Both the position numbers and the translations under genes were made by a program. A stretch of DNA of 64,000 bases, taken from positions 26,722 to 90,721 of the forward strand of contig CALREA010000001.1 in assembly GCA_943355055.1 (NCBI GenBank), given 5' to 3'. The notes below the pieces were generated by a model. The model did no database searches. It saw only the letters and a list, made by a program, of their open reading frames with translations, and was not told the DNA's origin. Numbering within the stretch: the stretch's first letter is position 1; every line of letters begins with the position of its first letter. The stretch comes from Candidatus Peribacteria bacterium. GTDB lineage: Bacteria; Patescibacteriota; Gracilibacteria; UBA1369; UBA12463. Of this stretch, positions 1 to 9,100 are shown piece after piece.

Positions 1-70
1 TCAGAAGAGAGACGAGCAGGAGAGTGAAAGGTGTACGCAAATAATTTTTTTAAAAAGTAACTAGAGGATA

Positions 71-1039
71 ATGGAAAAAGTATTTTTGTGCAAAGTTGAT
101 ATGGTGAATGAGTGGATGAAGAATTCCACGAAGGTACATAATGGGAAAATACCGCTCCTTGTCATTCTCGGTCCGACCGCTTCCGGCAAGACCGCTCTCT
201 CCCTCAAAATAGCCCACGAAATGAGCGGCGATAGTGAAGTGCCCCTTGTGGAAATTATTTCCGCCGACTCTCGTCAGATTTACAAGGAAATTGATATTGG
301 AAGCGACAAACTCCCCCTCGATGAGAATCGCTGCCACGATGGGATCCCTCACCACTTGATCGATTTCGTCCCACCAGAGGAGACCTACACGATGGGAGAT
401 TTCAAACGCGACGCAGAGAAAATTATTGGTGAAATTCATGCGCGCGGTCACCTCCCCATGTTGGTTGGCGGGACGGGTTTGTATATTCGTGCCATCACTG
501 ATAACTACGATCTGCCTGCGGTAAAAATCGATCCTGAGTTTCGAAAAAAACTATATGCAATGAAGAAAGAAGATCTCCATAAACTTCTTCAAGAAAAAGA
601 TCCAGCCACGGCCGCAAAAATCCACATGAATAATATTCCGTATGTCACTCGGGCATTGGAAATTATCGAAGGAACAGGTGCGCCAAAGTTAGACCAAACC
701 GCCGAACCGAAATATAATGTTTTTATGATGGGGATTCAGTGGCCACGCGAGGAGTTGTATGCGCGCATAGATCAGCGGGTAGACCTACAGTTCCAGCGAG
801 GATTAATAGAAGAATCGAAAATGTTGATTGAAAAATACGGCACAGATTCTCGTCTCCCATCCCTCACCTCTCTCGGCCTGAAAGAGTTTGTTCCCTATTT
901 CAACGGACAATCCACGCTTGAACAAGTATCTAAAAAAATAAAAACCGCCACTCGCCAATACGCAAAACGACAGATTAATTGGTTTAGAAAAGATATCGCA
1001 ATTCATTGGATTCCAAGTGAAAGCCTTGACGAAATGTAA
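71..1039 (+). CDS. miaA: tRNA dimethylallyltransferase (MiaA)
   Basis: 322-aa ORF. It has the P-loop GPTASGKT, DSRQIYKEIDIGSDK and HHLID motifs typical of tRNA isopentenyltransferases. The true start may be an internal Met (e.g. 116). Confidence 0.9.
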   Translation: MEKVFLCKVDMVNEWMKNSTKVHNGKIPLLVILGPTASGKTALSLKIAHEMSGDSEVPLVEIISADSRQIYKEIDIGSDKLPLDENRCHDGIPHHLIDFVPPEETYTMGDFKRDAEKIIGEIHARGHLPMLVGGTGLYIRAITDNYDLPAVKIDPEFRKKLYAMKKEDLHKLLQEKDPATAAKIHMNNIPYVTRALEIIEGTGAPKLDQTAEPKYNVFMMGIQWPREELYARIDQRVDLQFQRGLIEESKMLIEKYGTDSRLPSLTSLGLKEFVPYFNGQSTLEQVSKKIKTATRQYAKRQINWFRKDIAIHWIPSESLDEM

Positions 1040-1145
1040 GAAAAATTCATGGCTTATGGTCGACCATAGATTTTAGCTTTATAAATCTGAATTTTCGAAA
1101 CAAATTTCACAACTCGCAAAATCCCACCCGTGCTATACTCCACCC

Positions 1146-2870
1146 ATGTCTCTCCTGGGAAAACGTTGGATTATCAAAAATACGAGCAACGAGAAAAAAC
1201 TTCTCGAGAAAATCATGCAGAATCGTGAGTTGAATGATGCCGAAACAATCACGACGTTTTTTAGTGAAAAAGAAGATTTCCTCGATCCATATTTGATGAA
1301 AGATATGGAAAAAGCGGTAGCGCGAATTAAGCAGGCTATAAGCGATAACGAGCGCATAATCATTTATGGAGATTATGATGTGGACGGCATTACCGGCACC
1401 ACGATTCTTGTAAAAACGTTAAATAAACTTGGTGCACAAACTTCCTATAGAATCCCGCATCGCTTCGATGACGGCTATGGTCTCCATGATAAGTATATCG
1501 AAGAAGTCGCAGCCATTGGCGCTAAATTGATTATCACCGTTGATTGCGGAATCTCATGTGCCAGGCAAATTACCCACGCCAAGCAGCTCGGTCTCGATGT
1601 CATCATCACCGATCATCACACCATTCCGGAGATATTTCCTACCGATGCTTATGCCATTCTCCACCCATTGCAGCCGGACTGCCCGTACCCGTTCAAGGGT
1701 CTCACCGGCTCTGCGGTGGCATTCAAGCTCGCCCATGCTTTACTTGCGACGCTCTCTCCCGATGACCACCTCAAATTCCTCGAATCTCTCACCGACCTTG
1801 CAAGTTTCGGAACGGTTGCCGACTGTGGACCGCTCACCGGAGAAAACAGAACGATCGTGAAACGTGGCTTGAAGGCCTTCAAAAACACGCATTGGGCCGG
1901 ACTCCGTCAGATGAAAAACTTCGCCAAGATCAAAGATGAAGACGTCCTCGATACGACAACGATTGGATTCAAAATGGGTCCTCGGATAAATGCTGCCGGA
2001 CGAGTGGATCATCCCTATGTGGCGCTCCAACTTCTTCTCCGAGACGAAGACGACGCGCGCACACTCGCACTTGCGCAGAAGCTCGAAGGTCTCAACATCA
2101 TGCGCCAAGAGATGACACAAAAAGCCGTTTTCGAGGCTATGAAACTCTATAAATCCGAGTACCATAAACATCTTTTTATCGCACACTCGCCTGATTGGCA
2201 CACGGGAATTCTTGGATTAATTGCCTCGAGGGCCGTAGAAAAATTCGGTTGCCCGGCGATTATTCTCCAAGATCGCGATGATATGTTGGTCGCCTCTGCG
2301 CGCTCAATTGATGGCTGTAACATCACCGACCTGATCGGATCGCAATCCGAAAATCTCATTACCTTCGGAGGGCACGCCGCCGCCGCAGGATTTTCCGTCA
2401 AAAAAGAAAAACTCCACATCGTTGAAAGAGAGTTTTATAAAAAAGCACAAGCACTCTGGGGCTATGCGAGCAGCAGCGAGCACTCTCCCGGTTCCGTTTC
2501 CGGTTTTAGACCTCAACTCAATCTCGACTGCGAAATCTCTCACGACGAACTCACCACCGAAAACGCTCTGAAAATCGAAAAAATGCAGCCATTCGGTATC
2601 GGCAACACCAAGCCACTTTTCGTCCTCAAAGACGCACGAATCTCCGATATATCTCTCGTCGGCAAGGAGCACAATCACGCCCGTCTCACGATTCAAACCA
2701 AAGACCAGGATCTAGTCGGCATCTTCTTCTCCGCCCCCGAAAAAGTTCTTCGCCGCCAAATCGGTGACATCAATACACCTGTCTCCATCGCCTGCAATCT
2801 CGAGCTGAATAGGTTCAGAGGAAAGACGACGTTGCAACTGATGATTGTAGATATCGAGGTTGGACACTAG
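1146..2870 (+). CDS. recJ: single-stranded-DNA-specific exonuclease RecJ
   Basis: 574-aa ORF with DHH-family motifs (DYDVDGITG, VDCG, ITDHH) and a DHHA1 GGHAAAAG motif. Confidence 0.9.
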   Translation: MSLLGKRWIIKNTSNEKKLLEKIMQNRELNDAETITTFFSEKEDFLDPYLMKDMEKAVARIKQAISDNERIIIYGDYDVDGITGTTILVKTLNKLGAQTSYRIPHRFDDGYGLHDKYIEEVAAIGAKLIITVDCGISCARQITHAKQLGLDVIITDHHTIPEIFPTDAYAILHPLQPDCPYPFKGLTGSAVAFKLAHALLATLSPDDHLKFLESLTDLASFGTVADCGPLTGENRTIVKRGLKAFKNTHWAGLRQMKNFAKIKDEDVLDTTTIGFKMGPRINAAGRVDHPYVALQLLLRDEDDARTLALAQKLEGLNIMRQEMTQKAVFEAMKLYKSEYHKHLFIAHSPDWHTGILGLIASRAVEKFGCPAIILQDRDDMLVASARSIDGCNITDLIGSQSENLITFGGHAAAAGFSVKKEKLHIVEREFYKKAQALWGYASSSEHSPGSVSGFRPQLNLDCEISHDELTTENALKIEKMQPFGIGNTKPLFVLKDARISDISLVGKEHNHARLTIQTKDQDLVGIFFSAPEKVLRRQIGDINTPVSIACNLELNRFRGKTTLQLMIVDIEVGH

Positions 2871-2965
2871 TTCGGTCAGAAAAATTACAATAATTATTCA
2901 TCTAAATGTCCGAGAAAGTTTAGAGCGGCTTGCTAGTGTGAGAAATGTCAGGAGTGATGGTAAGT

Positions 2966-3036
2966 GGGGATTCTCCGGTGAGGTCAGCCGGCTTATCATC
3001 TGGCAGACACGGGTTCGACTCCCGTAATCTCCACCA
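2966..3036 (+). ncRNA. aberrant tRNA-like element (short, no canonical anticodon arm), CCA encoded
   Basis: Hand fold gives a 7-bp acceptor stem GGGGATT/AATCTCC. The T arm ACGGG-TTCGACT-CCCGT is identical to that of tRNA-Gly(CCC) in this window. A D arm CCGG-9nt-CCGG is possible, followed by discriminator A and CCA. Only 17 nt lie between the D and T arms. The alternative fold has an 8-nt loop CTTATCAT. Confidence 0.4.
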
Positions 3037-3049
3037 TTTCTGACCTAAG

Positions 3050-3083
3050 AAAAGAACCTCTTCAACATGAAAGAGGTTCTTTT
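3050..3083 (+). terminator. rho-independent, probably bidirectional terminator hairpin
   Basis: 13-bp stem AAAAGAACCTCTT / AAGAGGTTCTTTT with an 8-nt loop, flanked by an A-run and a T-run. Confidence 0.6.
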
Positions 3084-3278
3084 GTGGGTCCGCCGGCTTA
3101 TCATCTACATGATAGCACGTTTATGATGATTTTTTCAACTCTCTCTAAGTACCGTAGAGTAAACATTGGGGCATAATCTCGTACCCGCAACAACACAGCC
3201 GCCCCAAAGCCAACCAAAAACGCTTTCCATGCTCGCCAACCCCTGATAGAATCACATCTTCAGAGCCCTCCTATACAC

Positions 3279-3307
3279 TTGACTTAAATTATAAAAAGGT
3301 TTATAAT
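3279..3307 (+). promoter_or_regulatory. sigma70-type promoter for the DHH phosphoesterase gene
   Basis: TTGACT (3279-3284), 17-nt spacer, TATAAT (3302-3307). It lies 18 nt upstream of the GTG at 3325. Confidence 0.55.
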
Positions 3308-3324
3308 TAACCAATCGCTATAAC

Positions 3325-4968
3325 GTGGCGAACCGACGGAAAAAATCACTTATAGAACACAATAATCTCATGGAATCCCCGCAATCCGTACAGCAACAAA
3401 TCGTCGACCTCCTTCTGAAAAATCAGAAAATTCTGATCATGGCATCATCCCCGGCGGATGGTGACTGTATTGGTAGCTCGCTCGCGCTCTATATTGCTCT
3501 CAAGAAACTGGGGAAAGAAATTACCGTGGTGTGTCCTGATCCAATTCCGGACGTGTATCACTTTCTTCCGACAATGCACGTCATTGGAAATCGCGTGGTC
3601 GCCTCGAAAGATTTCATTATTACGATCGATACGAAAAAAATTCACAGCGCACAGGTAAAAAATATTATTGAAGATGGAAAAATAAACATTATCATCATGC
3701 CGGAAAACGGCCGCCTCTCCGAGCAGGATGTCGCATTCAATTATGGTCCTGAGCGATATGACCTCATCATTACCGTTGACACCGGTGGACTCGAACAGCT
3801 TGGCACACTCTACTCAGGCAATATCGAAATGTTCAGCCAGATGCCGGTAATTAATATCGATCATCACTTCTCGAACGATCATTTTGGAAAGATTAACTAC
3901 GTCGATGTAATGGCTTCTGCTACAACAGAATTAATTATCCCTCTTATTTCCATGCTCGCCGATAAATCTGGCCAGGAAATCTGGGACGAAGATATTGCCA
4001 CATTGCTTCTCACGGGAATTATTACCGACACGGGAAGTTTCCAGAATGCGAACACCACGCCTCGCGCCTTCGACGCTTCGGCGCAGCTCATCGGCCACGG
4101 GGCACGCCAGCAAGAAATTATTCAGCATATTTTCAAAACAAAGCAGCTCACGACGTTGAAACTCTGGGGACGTATTCTCACCAAAATGCAGACGGATGAA
4201 AATTTTCACATCGTCTGGTCCGTGCTCACCCAAAAAGACTTCGCCGACACAGGTGCGCTAGAAAATGAAACCGGCGGTATCATCGACGAGCTTCTCTCCA
4301 ATGCTCCAGGCGCGGAAATTATCTGTCTCATAAAAGAAAAAAAGGACGGTCTCGTTTCCGGATCGATCCGCACTACAAACCCATCGGTCGATGCCAGTAT
4401 CATCGCTGAACAGTTTGGCGGTGGCGGTCACACACGCGCCGCAGGCTTCAAGATGCAGGGCGTCCCGGTCGAAAAAGTCGAAGAGCGAATTCTTGCAGCC
4501 TTCCGTGAATATCAATCCAAACGTCTCGGCGTGCCACTCGAGAGTGAGCAGACGGTCAGCCAGCCGCCGATCGTCCCCATGGCCCCAGAGGTAAGAGTCG
4601 AGCCAAAGGTCGAGGTTCAGTCAGAGCCAAAAGTTAAACTTCCGCCAGAACCAAAGGTCGAGGCGAAAGCCGAGGTAGAGCAAAAAATCATTCCAAAGCT
4701 CGAACTCAAGCTTGAACCGAAAAAAGTAATACAGGAGGCCCCACTTATTGCTGCCGCCCAACCCCCACAGCCGGATACACCACTACCACCGGCCACGCCT
4801 ATCGTCACCGAACCAATTCCCGATATTCAGCCAGTCGTAGAGCCAATTATCCCATCGGGAGGATTCAATCTCCAGGCACCTATGGATGACATTTCAACGG
4901 ACGAAATATCTTCTACGTCAGAACCAAAAGAGGAGACGACTCAGGAGCCATATAAGTTTGGGACATAA
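3325..4968 (+). CDS. DHH/DHHA1 phosphoesterase (NrnA-like oligoribonuclease/pAp phosphatase) with a long low-complexity C-terminal tail
   Basis: Motifs PADGDCIGSS, TVDTG, INIDHH, GIITDTGSF and GGGGHTRAAGF. The C-terminal ~150 aa are EPKV repeats plus a Pro-rich tract. GTG start at 3325; alternative ATG at 3370. Confidence 0.85.
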   Translation: MANRRKKSLIEHNNLMESPQSVQQQIVDLLLKNQKILIMASSPADGDCIGSSLALYIALKKLGKEITVVCPDPIPDVYHFLPTMHVIGNRVVASKDFIITIDTKKIHSAQVKNIIEDGKINIIIMPENGRLSEQDVAFNYGPERYDLIITVDTGGLEQLGTLYSGNIEMFSQMPVINIDHHFSNDHFGKINYVDVMASATTELIIPLISMLADKSGQEIWDEDIATLLLTGIITDTGSFQNANTTPRAFDASAQLIGHGARQQEIIQHIFKTKQLTTLKLWGRILTKMQTDENFHIVWSVLTQKDFADTGALENETGGIIDELLSNAPGAEIICLIKEKKDGLVSGSIRTTNPSVDASIIAEQFGGGGHTRAAGFKMQGVPVEKVEERILAAFREYQSKRLGVPLESEQTVSQPPIVPMAPEVRVEPKVEVQSEPKVKLPPEPKVEAKAEVEQKIIPKLELKLEPKKVIQEAPLIAAAQPPQPDTPLPPATPIVTEPIPDIQPVVEPIIPSGGFNLQAPMDDISTDEISSTSEPKEETTQEPYKFGT

Positions 4969-5269
4969 AGACGAGTTTGCCCGCAGATAGAAATGGCGGC
5001 AAGTGCGAATGGTTTTAACAAGCAGACACCAAGGGGAGAGATTCCGGCAGGCTACCCTCCAGGGTAATAATTCGCGTCTCATGATTACTCAAGGTCATGA
5101 TGGTTTTATCAAGTCGCAGATTCATCTTTTTCATGTCATTCTTGGTAGCACACTCACCCAACATATCGATAATGGTATGAAACGAGGATGACATATCTTC
5201 TTTGGTATAAAAATGTAATAGATCATCCTTCGTGGCAAGAAGTGCAACTGCACTCGCCAACTCATATCT

Positions 5270-5484
5270 GAAAAGACCCTAGTTTTCACAAAATTGGCAC
5301 ATTGACTTTCATGTTTATGGGTTTATAAGCATATAATTATCAAAAAAGTGCCTTTTTTGAAGCTAAAAATTTCCCCGGGGAAATTAGTGAATCATACGAT
5401 GAAAATGGCATATATCAAACGGTCAGTTTTTTTGATGGCTTTTATAGGCCATAATATCGACACTGGAAAAACTGGGGTCTTTTC
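5270..5484. mobile_element. MITE-like non-autonomous element (~215 bp) with terminal inverted repeats and target-site duplication
   Basis: TIRs are GAAAAGACCCTAGTTTT (5270-5286) and the reverse complement of 5468-5484, GAAAAGACCCCAGTTTT (16/17 match). The flanking direct repeat AACTCATATCT sits at 5259-5269 and 5485-5495. No ORF is large enough to encode a transposase. Confidence 0.6.
5368..5385. repeat. perfect 18-nt palindrome AATTTCCCCGGGGAAATT inside the MITE
   Basis: Self-complementary by inspection. The homologous position in the second copy (34454-34471) has AATTTCGGCGCCGAAATT. Confidence 0.5.
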
Positions 5485-5690
5485 AACTCATATCTCTTGT
5501 CCTTTCCGATATTTATTTTCACACTAGCACGCCAATCTAACAAAAGTCTGAAAAAATCGTGAATTTTTGTTGTAATTTTTCTGACACGCACCTTGAAGCT
5601 CGAAACTGAAAAAAATGTGCATACAAAAATGGTAATCCAGACCACTTATGATAACAAAATCAAAAGCTCAACAAAGCTAAAATCTCAGGT

Positions 5691-5767
5691 CGACCAGAAG
5701 CCATAAAGCTTTTGCTAATTATTGCAACACAGTACGGCGGCACAAAGCTGAGATTTGTGATATAATA
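5691..5767 (+). promoter_or_regulatory. promoter/operator module, copy L (extended -10 TGaTATAAT at 5758-5766, palindrome CACAAA-N7-TTTGTG at 5741-5759)
   Basis: ~92% identical (6 mismatches in 77 nt, hand alignment) to the reverse complement of 14813-14889. It lies immediately upstream of the small ORF and giant ORF operon. Confidence 0.6.
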
Positions 5768-6109
5768 ATGGGATATTTTTATTGCATTCCCATGTCATCA
5801 ATCACGCTATCTCAGCTCATTAAAAAGAGCCTTCTCATCTCGCCTGACATGAAGGAGGATCTCACTCGTAAAATAACTACATTTACGGAATTTCAGCAGC
5901 AAGAAATGATCGAGGCCATTGAGGCATCAGAAAAAGACCTCGAGCAAATTCTCGATCATGCCATCAGTAATGATCCAAAAAAGCTCACCATAATCCAGCA
6001 GAAACTCGACGATGTATGGAAGCGGTATGTGAAGGAGGTGGAAAAAGTTTCAGAATCGGCGGAAACAACACAGGAACAGGTGCTGCTCGATCAGCTCGAT
6101 CAGGAATAA
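5768..6109 (+). CDS. small acidic hypothetical protein (likely real start ATG 5792, 105 aa)
   Basis: ORF rich in E/D/Q with a coiled-coil-like character. It ends 12 nt before the giant ORF. The ATG at 5768 abuts the -10 box, so 5792 (MSSITLSQL...) is the more plausible start. Confidence 0.6.
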   Translation: MGYFYCIPMSSITLSQLIKKSLLISPDMKEDLTRKITTFTEFQQQEMIEAIEASEKDLEQILDHAISNDPKKLTIIQQKLDDVWKRYVKEVEKVSESAETTQEQVLLDQLDQE

Positions 6110-6121
6110 AACAAACAAACT

Positions 6122-9100
6122 ATGGCAGAACAGAACGCTATAAAAACTCAACAGAAACGACTCGATGCCATCGATCAGAAAGAAGATCGGGAAGTTCTGG
6201 TTGGCGAGAAAAAATATGGGGATGTTATATTCGGGAAAGTAGCCTCCCTCACTCGTAAAATTGATACCGATGCGGGTATTACCGATGAGCGCGTGAAGGC
6301 GCTGCCGGCGTTCCGGAAGCTCAAGCAGGATGCCATGAATACAGCCCACGACGAGCTGAAAAATATTGACGAGAAAAACATCGATGCAGCAACCAAGAAG
6401 CTCGAACTCACCATTCGTCAGCTCGAAGTCAAGTTTGAGAAGATGAAAGAGCTTACGCCGCTCATGGACACATTCGAGAAGTTCCAAAAAATGTTTGGCG
6501 CATTGCCGTTTCTGCGTGATTGGATGACGCTCTATACCGCTATCGATCCGACCAAACGAGCGCCACCCGAGACGATGATGAAGGATATGGAAAAGCTCAT
6601 GAGTATCGGTGGTGGATATGCTCCGGCAGGAGAAATGGTGAAACATATGGAACTCGATGTCGTAAATCTGATGGGTGCGTACTTGCGCGGAGATCGAGCG
6701 ACAGCCGACATGACGATCATCGTACTCAGTGAGCGCCTCGCATTCGCTCGGCGCGTCACAGAACACCTCCCCAAAATCAAAGAAGAACGCAAAAAGATCG
6801 AAACATCAATCCGTGAGTATGAGTCGCATAATGCCGCGCTGCGAACCGCCATCAGTTCGGGTCGTCCGTTGCAATTCATGAAGGGCCTCGAGCAGAGCTA
6901 TCTCGATGGAATCAAGCTCATGCCGGCATTGAAAAGTATGACGAAGTGGGAAAAAGAACTCACAGGAGAAACGAACGGTCGCGTGTCAGTAGGATATGAG
7001 AAATTATTACCCAATGAAGTTCGCAAAGAAGTAACATTTACGACCATCGCTATTGATGGCCAGGGTAAGCCAAAAGATATGCCTGCGAACATTCCTCTTA
7101 CGCAGGAAGCGATGGTGAGAACGGAAGAAACCCTCCAGGGTCAGCTCCTCATGATCCGTCGTGGTATCTATCTCACGACTAAGGATCAAAAATACAAATC
7201 GTACTTCGATCAGAGTCAGGAGAAGATGACGAGCCGATTGATTGATGACGCGTTGCAATATCTACAGGATGCTCAACAAGCAGATCATCAGGAGTCTCCA
7301 CGCTCTATACTTGAACCTCTTCAAGCAAGCGATTTTGACGGAAATCAGACAAAAGAAATTCATCAGTACATGGGTATTATCGCCGGCAACTTCGACAGTA
7401 TACAGCGAATGCAGCCGGAGAATCCCATCGGAGCCGCGCAAGAAAACTCACTGTTTCAAAAACGGGTTCTTTCTCTCAGGAAAAAACTGGGAGCTGGTGG
7501 TGTCGATGCGAATGCGAATACCACCACCATACTCGGTAATGAAGCACAATTCCTCGGTACCAAACTCATGAATTTTTCGAAACTCAAAGAGCAATCTCCT
7601 AAACAACACGAGGCATTCACGAATATTCTCAACACCTACCTCCAACAATCACGCGCTCTTTCCGGCCAGATGCTCACGCAAAATCCAATCATCGGCGAGT
7701 TCCAGCAACAGAGTGTGGATGCTAAGCAGATGTTTTCTGGCCTTTCCACAACTTTCCAGAACCTCTCCGTCAAAATAGAAAAAACAGGCGAGGGATTTTC
7801 TGAGTTGGATATGGATGATATCAAAAAAGAAATTACCACTTTCCGATCGCGAACATCATATAAATTTCTCAAAGGCTCACAAGCAATGAGTGTCCTGCAG
7901 GAGATGAAAAAATACATGAGCGATCCATCGCTAATCCCTCCGAAAGATTTGGCCATGATCAAGCAGGCCGAACAATCGATTTTGCAAAGCCAGATGGCGC
8001 TTCAGCAGATCGATCAGACATGCGAGCAACTCATGGGGATGAGTGGATATGGGGTAGGGAAGAATCTTATTCTCAGTCATCTGAAATTAATCGCGAAGAT
8101 TGCGGCGGCAGTAATCGGTGCCGTCGTAGTAGGTCAGGTGATTGCAGCAAGTGGTGGGCTGGGAATTGTTGCCGCAGGTACGGGATTGGGAGAGAAGGTG
8201 CTTGAGTTTCTTGCGATAAATGCACTTATTGGAACGGGCGCTACAGCTGGATCGGCTATTGGCGATAGTCTCATCGAGCAAAATATGAACGCTTTTCAAA
8301 AAGATCAAATTATTCAATCTTGGGTGAGAAATGTAGCGATGTCTACGGCTGCTGGCGCACTTAGTCCACTTCTCGGTACCGGTATGGGCAGAGTTTCCGC
8401 GACCTCCATGAAAATGATGCAGCAAAGTCGCCTCGGATTCATCCGTACTGCTGGTGCTAACATAGAAGCCCGCGCCCTCAAACAAGCCTTAGCCGCAAAC
8501 GCCGAACGCCATCTCTCCGGCAACATATTCAAAAATATGCTCAGAGAAACCAAAGAAGAACTCTTCGAAGAAGGTCTCGAAGCCACAGGTCGTGCCATTG
8601 CACCTGATGATCCTTCCTTAGGTTTTGCTTTTTCTCTGCTGGGTTCTGCATATGGACATGGAAAGAGGGTGGAGGGGGAAAAAACGATGCCAAGATATGT
8701 CATGAGTCCCTCCGAGCACACCACTGCACGCCAACAATACATCAACAATGTGCGGGATGGGAAAGCCGACAATTATGCCGGAGAGATCGATGATTTCCTT
8801 GCAATGGGGCGAGTGGTAACCGATGAACAGGGCATCCTTCACATAACTCGCGGGAATGAAACACTTTCTATACCAACATCCATTCCCGAGGGGAATATAT
8901 TCCGGAAATATAGGAAGTTATTCGGAAATGATTTTTTGAAACTAAAAGAGTTCATGCGATTTTTAGATGATGTTCACGCTCGGCCGAATGGAGAAAAACT
9001 TCTGAAGGCGATCGGCCACTGCAACACGAATAATATCAATATTCTAAAGGTACTCGTCGATCTCCCTAACTTAGAAAATCAAGAATTTCTTTATCACATA

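Larger units (their letters stand above)
5015..5645 (-). pseudogene. hypothetical ORF split by a MITE insertion (fragments 5015..5260 and 5486..5645)
   Basis: Removing 5270..5484 plus one copy of the 11-bp duplication joins ...GKDKRYE to LASAVALLATKDD... in the same frame. I checked this codon by codon. Confidence 0.5.

Noticed and set aside
2966-3036. Possibility that the tRNA-like element is the tmRNA (ssrA) gene.
   Set aside because: The 5' GGGG acceptor strand and the 3' T-arm/ACCA end are only ~40 nt apart. There is no room for pseudoknots or a tag reading frame, and no permuted two-piece arrangement is visible nearby.
6050-6766. 238-aa minus-strand ORF, and many other 60-160 aa ORFs antisense to or out of frame within the giant gene (e.g. 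8087..8485, 8314..8772, 11299..11721).
   Set aside because: They lie entirely inside the long, uninterrupted 2237-aa ORF. Their translations are low-complexity or odd in composition, as is typical of shadow ORFs. They have no independent start context.
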